Part shown: positions 8,879 to 18,900 of the stretch, piece by piece
Layout: every line of letters starts with the position of its first letter
Numbering within the stretch: position 1 is the stretch's first letter
From: an uncultured Bacilli bacterium
Lineage (GTDB): Bacteria > Bacillota_I > Bacilli_A > RF39 > UBA660
Reading direction: 5' to 3'
Assembly: GCA_947589275.1 (NCBI GenBank)
Contig: CANQAQ010000002.1
Location: forward strand, 1 to 46,428
DNA length: 46,428 bases
Notes under the pieces: model-generated
What the model was told of the DNA's origin: nothing
The model's input: the letters and a program-made list of their open reading frames with translations, nothing else
Database searches by the model: none
Made by a program: the position numbers and the translations under genes

Positions 8879-9637
8879 TTAATCATTTTCAATCGGTATA
8901 GATAATATATTTGAACTACTATTTAATTTTCCGTCACTATAATACTCTGGTACTTTACCTTGAATAACTTTAATAGCAAGAGGTACTTTATTTATTACTT
9001 TTATTGTTTCTGTTTGAAAAGGTATTATAACTTCTTCAGTAACTTCTACTTTTGCATAAATGTTTATCATCGCACTATTTAATCCATAGTTATTAACACT
9101 AGTTTCTATACTACTAATTACATTACCAATTAAATTAATTTTAACAGGAACTTTTGGACCTAAATTTGATAATAATACATTATTAGTTATTATACCCAGT
9201 GGAATTTCAGATATTACACCATTTTTTAATTTTGTTATATCATAATCATCATTATTTACAAATGATAAATCTTCTATATTCCCTTTTTCTATTTTTTTTA
9301 AATTATTACTTACTACACTTGTAGTTTTATTTAAAACCTTATTAATTATAACTGGATTAAAATCAATAGTTTGTATTTCACCTACATTATTTTGAATTAC
9401 ATAAAACATATCATCTTCTTTAAGTATATTTAAAATATCATCTGATATAGAATCTTTCATTACGGTTATTGCCATTTTTTTACTATCTATTTTTGCTTGT
9501 TTCATAATTATAGGTAATACTTTTTTACCAGAATAATTTAAAAATAAAAAAATTCCTAGTATAACAAATACTATTATTGTTGATATTTTTGTACTAATTT
9601 TAATATTCCTATTACCCTTTAATTTAATTTTTTTCAT
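8879..9637 (-). CDS. yunB: Sporulation protein YunB
   Basis: N-terminal TM segment plus EIPLGIITNNVLLSNLGPKVPVKINLIGNV...IYAKVEVTEEVIIPF...PLAIKVIQGKVPEYY. This is the conserved YunB core from memory, and the gene is adjacent to yutD. Confidence 0.7.
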   Translation of the reverse strand: MKKIKLKGNRNIKISTKISTIIVFVILGIFLFLNYSGKKVLPIIMKQAKIDSKKMAITVMKDSISDDILNILKEDDMFYVIQNNVGEIQTIDFNPVIINKVLNKTTSVVSNNLKKIEKGNIEDLSFVNNDDYDITKLKNGVISEIPLGIITNNVLLSNLGPKVPVKINLIGNVISSIETSVNNYGLNSAMINIYAKVEVTEEVIIPFQTETIKVINKVPLAIKVIQGKVPEYYSDGKLNSSSNILSIPIEND

Positions 9638-9686
9638 AGTTTCACCTAATTAAACATATGAAAAAAAATATGCATTTAATAACATA

Positions 9687-10448
9687 TTATTTTATTAAAT
9701 ACATATTTATTATATACGCTAATGCAAAGATACATACTATTACTAAAACTAATATTAATATTTTTATAAATATATTTGTCTTTTTAACCTCGTTTCTTAT
9801 ATCTTCTTTTACACCTTCAAAATCTTTAGTATCAAACATAAAAGTATCCGTACTATATTCTCTTGAATCATCATTACTCTTAATTTGTCTAACAGTTACT
9901 GTATCAGTTTGTTCATTTTTTTTATTATCAGGTTCTTTCAAATCAGAAAAAATATCTAAAGCTAAATCTTTTTCACTTACATTTGTTAATGTATTCATTA
10001 TATTTAATAATTCTTTTTCTTCTTTTATTAAATTTTCATAAACTTTTCTAGTTTTTTCTAATTCTTTTTCTATTTCTTCATTTGTTTTAAAATTATAATT
10101 TCTAATTTTTCTTTTTTCACTTGCTTCTTCTATTATATCTCTTTTACTTTTTGCATCTTTCAAAACTTCATTTATATCATATGATTTCTTTTCATTTTTT
10201 TCGTTAAATTGAGGTAAATCCCCATATATGTTACTATCTTTTTTTATTTCTCTAGTAGTTCTTGTTTTTCTTTTTTCATTATCAATAATTTCTTTTATTT
10301 TTGATATATCTATTTCACTTGAATCATCTATTACAACCATATTATTATAATTTGTATCTGTGAATAAATCATCATATAGTTCTTTGTTTCGTTCTGTCCT
10401 ACTTAAATTTGAACTATTTTTATTATATTTATCTATACGAGAAATCAT
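9687..10448 (-). CDS. Hypothetical highly charged tail-anchored protein
   Basis: K/E/D-rich with no recognisable domain and a single C-terminal TM segment (IFIKILILVLVIVCIFALAYIINMYLI). The ATG at 10448 follows AGGTGA. The ORF-track start is a GTG inside the SD. Confidence 0.55.
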   Translation of the reverse strand: MISRIDKYNKNSSNLSRTERNKELYDDLFTDTNYNNMVVIDDSSEIDISKIKEIIDNEKRKTRTTREIKKDSNIYGDLPQFNEKNEKKSYDINEVLKDAKSKRDIIEEASEKRKIRNYNFKTNEEIEKELEKTRKVYENLIKEEKELLNIMNTLTNVSEKDLALDIFSDLKEPDNKKNEQTDTVTVRQIKSNDDSREYSTDTFMFDTKDFEGVKEDIRNEVKKTNIFIKILILVLVIVCIFALAYIINMYLIK

Positions 10449-10556
10449 ACAACTCACCTACTCTATAAAGATAATACCATATTTTTATTTTTTTTTAAAT
10501 ATATTAGTTAAATTTATATTTTTTTATAGTATAATATATTGTAAATGGAGGTAGTT

Positions 10557-10763
10557 ATGAAGTTAAAAATTAATAAAGATAAATGCCTAGGATGTGGTAT
10601 GTGTGTTAGTATAAATAATGATGTCTTTAATTTTGAAGATGATGGTTTAGCTAACGTTAATAATCAAAATATTACTGATTTAAATATTGAAGAAGTAAAA
10701 GAAGCAAAAAATTCATGTCCAGTAAGCGCTATTGAAGAAATAAATGAAAATCTTAAGGATTAA
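10557..10763 (+). CDS. Small single-cluster ferredoxin
   Basis: CLGCGMC...CP cysteine pattern in a 68-aa acidic protein. GGAGG lies 5 nt upstream of the ATG at 10557. Confidence 0.8.
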   Translation: MKLKINKDKCLGCGMCVSINNDVFNFEDDGLANVNNQNITDLNIEEVKEAKNSCPVSAIEEINENLKD

Positions 10764-10772
10764 CTTAAGATT

Positions 10773-11486
10773 TTATTTTTTATTTGAATATAATTTTTTT
10801 ATTTCTTTTATTGAAAGTTTTCTTGATTCACCAGGTTTTAAGTTTTCTAACGTCAAGAAATCTATTGATTCTCTTTTTAATTTTTCTACATTAAAACCTA
10901 TTGATTCAAATATTTTTTTAATTTCATGATTTTTTCCATCATGAATAGTAATTTCTACAATACATGTATTTGATAATTTATCTATCTTTTTTAACTTTAT
11001 ATTATCGGGTATACATTTTACATTATCTATAATAACACCTTGTTTAATTTTATTAATAGATTCTTTATCAATAATTTTATCTAATTTCGCAATATACTTT
11101 TTTTGTATTTTATTCTTTGGATGCATCATTAAATTTGCAAATTCTCCATCATTTGTTAGTAATATAATACCAGTTGTGTCATAATCAAGTCTTCCAATTG
11201 GATAAATTCTATTATTAGTATTTATTAAATCAACAACAGTTTTTCTTCCTTTGTCATCTTTTACAGCACTAATTACTCCTCTTGGTTTATATAAAACATA
11301 ATATTCTTTTGGTTGCTTTTTTATATTATTACCATTAACAACTACTTCATCATTTTCATTTATCTTTACACCAAACTCTGTTACTTTTTTACCATTTACA
11401 AATACTTTCCCTAGTGATATATATTCTTCTGCCTTTCTTCTTGAACATATACCAGATTCAGCAATATATTTCTGTAATCTAATCAT
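10773..11486 (-). CDS. rluB: Pseudouridine synthase, RsuA/RluB family
   Basis: N-terminal S4 domain (RLQKYIAESGICSRRKAEEYI) and catalytic GRLDYDTTG motif. Confidence 0.85.
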   Translation of the reverse strand: MIRLQKYIAESGICSRRKAEEYISLGKVFVNGKKVTEFGVKINENDEVVVNGNNIKKQPKEYYVLYKPRGVISAVKDDKGRKTVVDLINTNNRIYPIGRLDYDTTGIILLTNDGEFANLMMHPKNKIQKKYIAKLDKIIDKESINKIKQGVIIDNVKCIPDNIKLKKIDKLSNTCIVEITIHDGKNHEIKKIFESIGFNVEKLKRESIDFLTLENLKPGESRKLSIKEIKKLYSNKK

Positions 11487-11545
11487 AAAATCACTCCAAT
11501 AATCATTATGAGTATATCATGATTTTTTATTTTAATCAAAATTAA

Positions 11546-12562
11546 TTATTTTTTTAAATATAACGGTTCTTTATGAACACTTTCATTTTTATAAAATACT
11601 TCTATATAACCTACTTCGTCAGTAATATTTACTATATTTTTATATAATACTACACTAGTTGTTATATTATCTCTTTCATTATTTGTCATTGGATAATAAT
11701 AATTATTTTTAACATATAATTTATCTTTATATTTAGTTGTTTTTATTTTTATTTTATCTTTATTTATAATTAAATAATTTTTATAATTAGAAAATCCATA
11801 TTCATATAATTTTTTATGGGTATTAAAGTCATCTTTATCATTAAATGTTACTATAATTAAATTCATATTTTTTTTAGATGCACTTGTAACTAATGTTCTT
11901 TTAGCTTTTGTAGTATAACCTGTTTTACCTCCAGTTGCATATTTATAACTAAATAATAATTTATTCTTATTAGTCCATGAATACGTTTTCATATCTGTTT
12001 CAACAACTATTTTCTTAGTGCTATCTATTTCCCTAAAATCATATAAATTATTTGCATACCTCATTAAAAGTGCCATATCATAGCACGTTGAATAATTCCC
12101 TGTTTCATCATCATCTAATCCATGTACATTATTGAAAATTGTATTTTTCATTCCTATTTCTTTTGCTTTATTATTCATTTTTATTATAAATTTTTCATGA
12201 CCACCAAGATAATCTTCTATAGCAATAGCAGCATCATTTCCACTTCTAAGTAATAGCCCATATACTAAATGTCTTAAACTTATTTTTTCACCTACTGATA
12301 CATATATACCTGATCCATGAGATTTAAGTACACTTTCATTTATTTTTACTATATCGTCTAATTTACCTGATTCTATTGCTAATATTGCAGTCATTATTTT
12401 TGTAGTACTTGCTATTAAATGTTTTTCATTAATAGCTTTTGAATAAAGTATTCTTCCAGAATCAGAGTCAATAAGTATAGCATTATTACTTGGAACAGTA
12501 ATTGCACATATATTTAAAATAAAACTAAAAAATGTAATTAAACTTATAATAATTTTCTTCAT
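11546..12562 (-). CDS. D-alanyl-D-alanine carboxypeptidase (PBP5/DacB/DacF type)
   Basis: Signal peptide plus SxxK (ASTTK), SxN (RSGND) and KTG (GKTGYT) motifs in canonical order. Confidence 0.85.
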   Translation of the reverse strand: MKKIIISLITFFSFILNICAITVPSNNAILIDSDSGRILYSKAINEKHLIASTTKIMTAILAIESGKLDDIVKINESVLKSHGSGIYVSVGEKISLRHLVYGLLLRSGNDAAIAIEDYLGGHEKFIIKMNNKAKEIGMKNTIFNNVHGLDDDETGNYSTCYDMALLMRYANNLYDFREIDSTKKIVVETDMKTYSWTNKNKLLFSYKYATGGKTGYTTKAKRTLVTSASKKNMNLIIVTFNDKDDFNTHKKLYEYGFSNYKNYLIINKDKIKIKTTKYKDKLYVKNNYYYPMTNNERDNITTSVVLYKNIVNITDEVGYIEVFYKNESVHKEPLYLKK

Positions 12563-12640
12563 ATAAATACCTCATCTAATTATATGAATATAAACAAGAA
12601 ATATAAATTTTTATTTTTAAATTTAATTATTTAAATAACT

Positions 12641-12662
12641 AAAAAAAAGACTTTTAGTCTTT
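12641..12662 (-). terminator. Candidate intrinsic terminator after the lipoprotein gene
   Basis: AAAGACT-AAA-AGTCTTT hairpin immediately after the stop, followed on the minus strand by a T-run. The stem is short and AT-rich. Confidence 0.35.
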
Positions 12663-13258
12663 TATGAAACATATATACCATGTAATTTTTCTATATCTGA
12701 ATTACTTAATTGATCTAGTTGCCATTCTCCATTAACTTTAGTTAAAGTAAATTCTATAGTATATTTTACTGTATCTGTTATTTTTTCCATTAATGATAAT
12801 TTATAATCCATAAATTTTGTTTCATCATAGTCTAAATTATCAGTTTTATTATTATCTTCATTATCTGTATCATCAGTTTCTTCTATGCTATCTTTAATAT
12901 CTTTTTTAAATTCATCTAAGTGTTCATTTAAATATGTATTAGCATTTCTTAAAGCTGATGCATAATCATATACTGTTATTTCAACTTCTACAACAGCACT
13001 ATCATCTTCTATTATTTCATCTTTTATTTCATATTCCATATTTTTATATTGGTTTACCATTAAAGTTTTATATCTATCTCTTTGATCTGTATCTGATATT
13101 TCAGATTTTATTGTTTCATCAAGTTGAGAAATAATATCTGTATTTTCGTTTTTATATTTATCTAAAAACTCAGAAACTTTTTGTCTTGGTGTTACTGCTG
13201 TCCCTAAAGTACATGCTGATAATAAAATTACCATTAATGCAACAATAATTTTTTTCAT
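12662..13258 (-). CDS. Hypothetical lipoprotein
   Basis: MKKIIVALMVILLSAC carries a lipobox (LSAC). GGAGG lies 7 nt upstream of the ATG at 13258, and the ORF-track N-extension contains that SD. Confidence 0.7.
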   Translation of the reverse strand: MKKIIVALMVILLSACTLGTAVTPRQKVSEFLDKYKNENTDIISQLDETIKSEISDTDQRDRYKTLMVNQYKNMEYEIKDEIIEDDSAVVEVEITVYDYASALRNANTYLNEHLDEFKKDIKDSIEETDDTDNEDNNKTDNLDYDETKFMDYKLSLMEKITDTVKYTIEFTLTKVNGEWQLDQLSNSDIEKLHGIYVS

Positions 13259-13336
13259 AATTTTCCTCCTTCTTTTAATAATTTGGAAGAATAATTTTAT
13301 TTTATTCAAGAAAAAATAAAAAAAAGAAAATTAAAT

Positions 13337-15946
13337 TTATTTTTTAATTTTCTTATTTAGTATAAATAATCCTATAATTACTACTGCTAAAGCACCAATT
13401 ATAAGTGCATATCTTATTCTTTCTTGTCCTGTTGAAATATTTATTACAAGTTCAGCTTGAGCTGCTGCACCTTCTTCTACAGTTACTTTTTTATTTATCA
13501 TAATAGAATTACCAGATGAATAACCATTTTCATTAATAACTATTTCAGCCATTGCATCAGTTGTTGAAGGTAATACAAATCCTTCTGGAGCTTGTATTTC
13601 TACTACACGATACTTTGTCTTAGAATCTACGTCTTTAAATGATACTATTCCATCTATTGGCGTAAAAACATATATAGAGCTCTCTCCAGTCTTATCAATT
13701 GTATAAACATTATCTTCTTCATGATAAATTAATGATACATCTTCAAATTTTGAATTAGATTCATTATATACTTGAAGTTTAAATTTACCATCACTTATAG
13801 GATTACCATCTTCATCTATTTTATAAAAACTAAATTCATTTTTTGCATTTGATAATGTTACAAAACCACTATTATAATATTCATTAGTAGCACTATCTTT
13901 TGTAACATCTATTTTAATTTCAGTCCACTCATTAGTTTCATCAATAGTATAACCATCAACTGTAACAGTTTCTTTTAACCAATATTTACCATCTGGTAAA
14001 TATCTAATTGTTGCCTTACCATTATCATTAGTTACTATTTGAATAGGATTACCAGTTTGACCATTTACATATTCATATTCATTTGTTTCTTCATTTTTTA
14101 TTAAAATAATTTGTTTTGTTTTTGTACTATCATATAATTCAAATGTAACACCTTTTAACTTTGATGATAAAGTTCCTGTTTTTAATATAGTTAAAGATGT
14201 TTTAAAATTCTTTATTGTTATTTTTGCATTGGTTGATCTATTCCATGATTTAGTATTATAGTTATATACTTCTAAATCTGAGTCTTTAGTTATCCTTATT
14301 TTTCTTTCTCTATCACTTTGTTTTCCAGGAAGAACATATGGATATGGTACAGCAGTTTCTATAATTGTATATTCACCTTGTGGTAATAATTGTATAGTAT
14401 ATTCATTTTTAGATGGATCAACTAAATCTGTTATTGTTCCATTTTTAGAATATCTATAAGCATCATTTACAAGTTCAAATTTAACTATATTATTATTTGA
14501 ATCTTTTATTTGGAATGTTGCACCATTTAAAGATTTTTGATTCCTATTATCAGTTGCATCAACCTTTTGAATAACAATCTCTTTAGATTTATTTTCAATA
14601 ACTAAACTATTTTCAACATTACTACCATCTAGTTTTTGAATATTAACAAAATCATTATAAGCTTTTGTTATTTTAGCTCTTCCAATATCTTCATTATCAT
14701 CTTGTTCAATATTTATTTCAACTAAAAATTGTCCTAGGCCCTCATATCCAGTTGGAATAACAGTTTCTTCAAACATATATGTACCAGATTTATTAATAGT
14801 TACTTCAACCGTTTGGGCATTAGTTGTTAAATCAATTTCTCTAATAAATTCTTTTGTAGAACAATTATTACCAGAACATTTATATAAATTAAATTTCGAA
14901 CCTTTTAATATTTTTTTAGTATCTGAATCTATCTTAGATACATAAAATTTACCTTTTTCTGTTTTTACATTAAAGCTATCATTTTTTGAAACAGAATAAT
15001 CACCCATCAATATATCTTGTGCATCTGAATGATTTTCAAATTTAAACCATCTAAAACTTGTACTTCCTTCAGTAGTTTGTCCTTTAGTTAAATTTACATT
15101 TATAGTTTCTGAACCTATAATTTCTTTATTAGAACTTACATTAATCGTGTTATTTGGTCCTTTATTTGAAACTGTTATATATGATGGTTTTGAAACTACA
15201 TTATAACTTCCAATATTTATTGATCCTGATTTATATTTATTTGATGCATCACTCCATTTTAATTTATAAGTTTTACCATGAGCAGGAAAATCATCATCTT
15301 GAGATAAACTTTTTGCATCATTTAATATACTAGTATATGCGGAATATAAAGTAGGATTAGTTGCTACAAACAAATCATATACACTATTACTTTCTGTATT
15401 TGGTTTATATTCATAATTACTTCTTGCACCTGCTTGTACTTCCCAAACTAAAATTTGAGTTGCTAAAACTTTTACACAAATATCATTATTTACGCAAGTC
15501 CCTACATCGTCTTTACCAGATACATGATAAGATCCTTGAACAAAATTATCTACACTTCTATTACCATTTTGGTATCCACTAGCAAGAATATTTTTTAATA
15601 CTTCTTGTCTTGTGCTATCAAGTACTTGTCCATCGGAATCTTTTAAATCAGAAAAACCTTCATGTAATCCCAAAGAACTATTTACATAAATTTGTTTACC
15701 TACATGTAAACAATAACCATGGTAAATATTAGAATTATCCTCTACAACATGAACTTCCATAGTTCTAAAGCCACTATGATTACCAATTTTCATCTCAATA
15801 CCATTTATATACATGTGCTCAGGATATGTTGTTATAAAATTATTTAATGGCATTCTTTTCATTTGATAAGTATATGCATTAGCAGTTGTAAAAGGTAATA
15901 TAAATATAGATACAAATATTAATAGTCTTAAAAATATTTTTTTCAT
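13337..15946 (-). CDS. Surface adhesin: putative internal-thioester (TQxA-type) head, at least four SpaA/CnaB-like domains, C-terminal sorting-signal-like anchor
   Basis: Signal peptide ending TTANA. HGYCLHVGK and VLATQILVWEV are the candidate Cys and Gln motifs. Repeated K(I/V)D...L.G..F.L...ET.AP.GY modules follow. The C-terminus is NISTGQERIRY, then a 17-residue hydrophobic stretch, then NKKIKK. Confidence 0.7.
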   Translation of the reverse strand: MKKIFLRLLIFVSIFILPFTTANAYTYQMKRMPLNNFITTYPEHMYINGIEMKIGNHSGFRTMEVHVVEDNSNIYHGYCLHVGKQIYVNSSLGLHEGFSDLKDSDGQVLDSTRQEVLKNILASGYQNGNRSVDNFVQGSYHVSGKDDVGTCVNNDICVKVLATQILVWEVQAGARSNYEYKPNTESNSVYDLFVATNPTLYSAYTSILNDAKSLSQDDDFPAHGKTYKLKWSDASNKYKSGSINIGSYNVVSKPSYITVSNKGPNNTINVSSNKEIIGSETINVNLTKGQTTEGSTSFRWFKFENHSDAQDILMGDYSVSKNDSFNVKTEKGKFYVSKIDSDTKKILKGSKFNLYKCSGNNCSTKEFIREIDLTTNAQTVEVTINKSGTYMFEETVIPTGYEGLGQFLVEINIEQDDNEDIGRAKITKAYNDFVNIQKLDGSNVENSLVIENKSKEIVIQKVDATDNRNQKSLNGATFQIKDSNNNIVKFELVNDAYRYSKNGTITDLVDPSKNEYTIQLLPQGEYTIIETAVPYPYVLPGKQSDRERKIRITKDSDLEVYNYNTKSWNRSTNAKITIKNFKTSLTILKTGTLSSKLKGVTFELYDSTKTKQIILIKNEETNEYEYVNGQTGNPIQIVTNDNGKATIRYLPDGKYWLKETVTVDGYTIDETNEWTEIKIDVTKDSATNEYYNSGFVTLSNAKNEFSFYKIDEDGNPISDGKFKLQVYNESNSKFEDVSLIYHEEDNVYTIDKTGESSIYVFTPIDGIVSFKDVDSKTKYRVVEIQAPEGFVLPSTTDAMAEIVINENGYSSGNSIMINKKVTVEEGAAAQAELVINISTGQERIRYALIIGALAVVIIGLFILNKKIKK

Positions 15947-15958
15947 TATAATTACCTC

Positions 15959-18900
15959 CTACTCTTCTTCCTTATTTAAATTATCATTATTACTTGGTTT
16001 AACATAATCTAAAATTTCAATACCATCTAATATACTCATAGTTGTATTCATAACTTTTAAGTTTTGTGCTGCAACAAAATTTACATAAGTTCCACCATTA
16101 TCTGTTTTTAAATCTAAAACTACAGTCATATAATATTTTTCATCTGGTAAAATAAGTATTTGAGCAAGTTTCGTATAATATAAATGTCCATCACTTTCAT
16201 ACCATCCATCATTTGCTGCAAGTGTTGAATCAAATGTCATCCCTTCTGGTATTGTTTCAATTATAGTTCCTATCGTACCAGGGAAATATTTAGAATTTGA
16301 AATTTCAAACTCATATGTTACTCTAAATGATGTATTTTTTAAATTTTTAACATCTATTTTTACCTTTGTTTGTTTATCATAATCATAAGAATTTGTTCCT
16401 CTATTTGAATTTACTACAACATTAGTTATATATTTTTTTATTTCAACTCCAAAATTTTGTCTTATTCTAAGCCCCATATCAATATGTCTAACATTTACGT
16501 AATTATTATCTAATGTAATCATATTTGAAACAGCTTCACATGTTCCTGATGATGTTTGCGCATCTGAATCTATTTGTGATGTATCACCTAAATTTACATC
16601 TACTTTATTTTTTTCAGTTAATGTATATTTATCACAATCATAAGTATATTTAATATAATATTTACCCTGTTGTAATCCTTTAAAATTATAATATCCATTC
16701 TTATCTGTTGTTGATTCAAAAATTAATTCATCATCATCACTATAATTTCCATCACTAGAAGTACTTTTATAAACTTCAACTGGAATATCACTAAGTCTTC
16801 TTTCAGAATTATTATAAAAACCATCGTAATCATAATCTTCAAATACATAACCAGATATACTTCTATTATAAACTGATGCATATGTAATATTTGATGCGAC
16901 TGGTGTTATATTTGCATTTTCACCAGAATATAAAACATAGAAATTATTATAGTATTCGTCACCTTCATTATTTTCGGAAGTTTTCATAATAATATTAATA
17001 CCATTTTTACTAGCAAAATATCCATTATTTGAAATAGGACTTGTAGATACAATTTTAATAGCAGTTATACCTGCTGTATTAGTAGTATAATTAGACCATT
17101 TTACCCATTTATTTGAACTAGATGCATTTAATTCATTACTTAATATTGTTTTTGAATTTTCTTTTGTGTAATATACTTCATATCCACTTGGTAAAGTTGA
17201 TTCTAGTCTAACAGAAATATTACCACTAAATTCAGATCCTTCACCTATTGCATCTTCTGAATATGGTATAACTTTTACTAGTGATAGATTTGCAGATGAA
17301 CCTGATAAATTAGCAGCTCTCATGTTATAATTCATCTCACCATTTTTTTCAAAATATACTGAGGAATTCATTTTACCTATTGTACTTATTACATTAGTAT
17401 TTCTTAATGTAATACTAGCTGATTTAGTTCTAGATTTAATAGAATTAATTGAACTAAATATAGTTGTTGCATCTATATTTGGTTTCATTGTAGCATCTAC
17501 ACTTGCAATAACATCTGAAACTGTTAAATCTGCTGCACTAATATCAATATATGCATGTACTACTAAACTATCTACAACACTTGCTGTTCCATATTTTATA
17601 TCATCTTCTGAATATGTATATTGATATTTATTATATTTCCTATCATTTACTGTTTCTTCACCAATATATGTAAGAGATTTATCTTGTTTTTCAACTGAAA
17701 GCTCAAGTTCAACTGGTAAATATAACGTTACTGTAGCACTTGTAAATGTTGCATTCATATCAGATTTATATAAAACTGGTGTTATATTTATTGAAACTGG
17801 ATCTGTTATTCCTGAATAAATTGTATTTTTTAAACTATCATATTTATCTCTTATTTCAATATCATTTAAACCAACTTTAAATGGCGTTACTAATATTGTA
17901 TTACCATATCTTCCACTTGGAACATTAGTACCTTCAACTATCTCTTTAGTATCACTATTATACTCTGTTTTTATATAATTTAAATCATTATCAAGTATTG
18001 ATACTGATTTTCTTGGAATACCAGATAAATAATATAATGAATCATCATCTATAGTTGTACCTCTTGCAACTACTTGTGTAGTTTTACCAACATTAGAAGG
18101 ATTTGATATCATACGTGCTTTTAATCTTATTATAGTTTTTGTTCCTGGATAATATTTTTCCTTAAAATCGTATTTAAATATTATAACTTTATCTCTATTA
18201 TTTTCATCTTCACTTGCAGCAGATTCTATTGAATCATACCATTTAATAGAATTTTCTACTTCTTCTATACATGGTCCACCATAATAATTCATTAATTGTT
18301 CTTTTGTAAGCTTGGTCGTTGATTTAGGGCAATATTTTGGTGCTCCTGATTTTATTTTAAAATTAGTAGGGATCCATTCACCAATACCATATGAAACATT
18401 ATATATATCACTAGTAGTATCAGTATTTTGTTTTTCATTTGATGAAGTAACTCTTAGATAATATTCTAACGTTTGATCTTGTATATTTCCAATATCAATT
18501 AGTTTTACCATTGAATTATCTATTTTAACATAATTTGTAAGACCACTATTAAGTACATCACCTGATTTTTCACCATACGTTATTGTATCTTGAATATAAA
18601 ATTCTTCATTGTAATTGTATGATGCTTCTCCTGGTGTTTCATATTGTATACCACTACTAGCAGTAAACTCGGAATTTGATTCACTAATAAAATCTATTTT
18701 ACTTAGATAATCTCCAACAAATGGTTCATAATTATCTAATATTTGAACTGTACTATTTTCTAATTTAAATTCTAGAGTAGCATCTTCATTAACTGTTTTT
18801 TCGGAATTAATAGCAAATACATTTGAACTTACATATGTAACTATATTAGATTCTTGATCCTCTACATTTAGATTTAAATCAACTGTATTTGTATTAAATT

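Noticed and set aside
9658-10041. 127-aa + strand ORF
   Set aside because: Antisense to the 9687..10448 gene. No SD, and composition typical of a shadow ORF.
10360-10554. 64-aa + strand ORF
   Set aside because: Antisense to the 5' end of the 9687..10448 gene and runs through the ferredoxin promoter and SD region.
10744-10929. 61-aa + strand ORF
   Set aside because: Overlaps the ferredoxin stop and is antisense to rluB.
15361-15582. 73-aa + strand ORF
   Set aside because: Antisense to the adhesin gene, H/Y/L-rich shadow frame.
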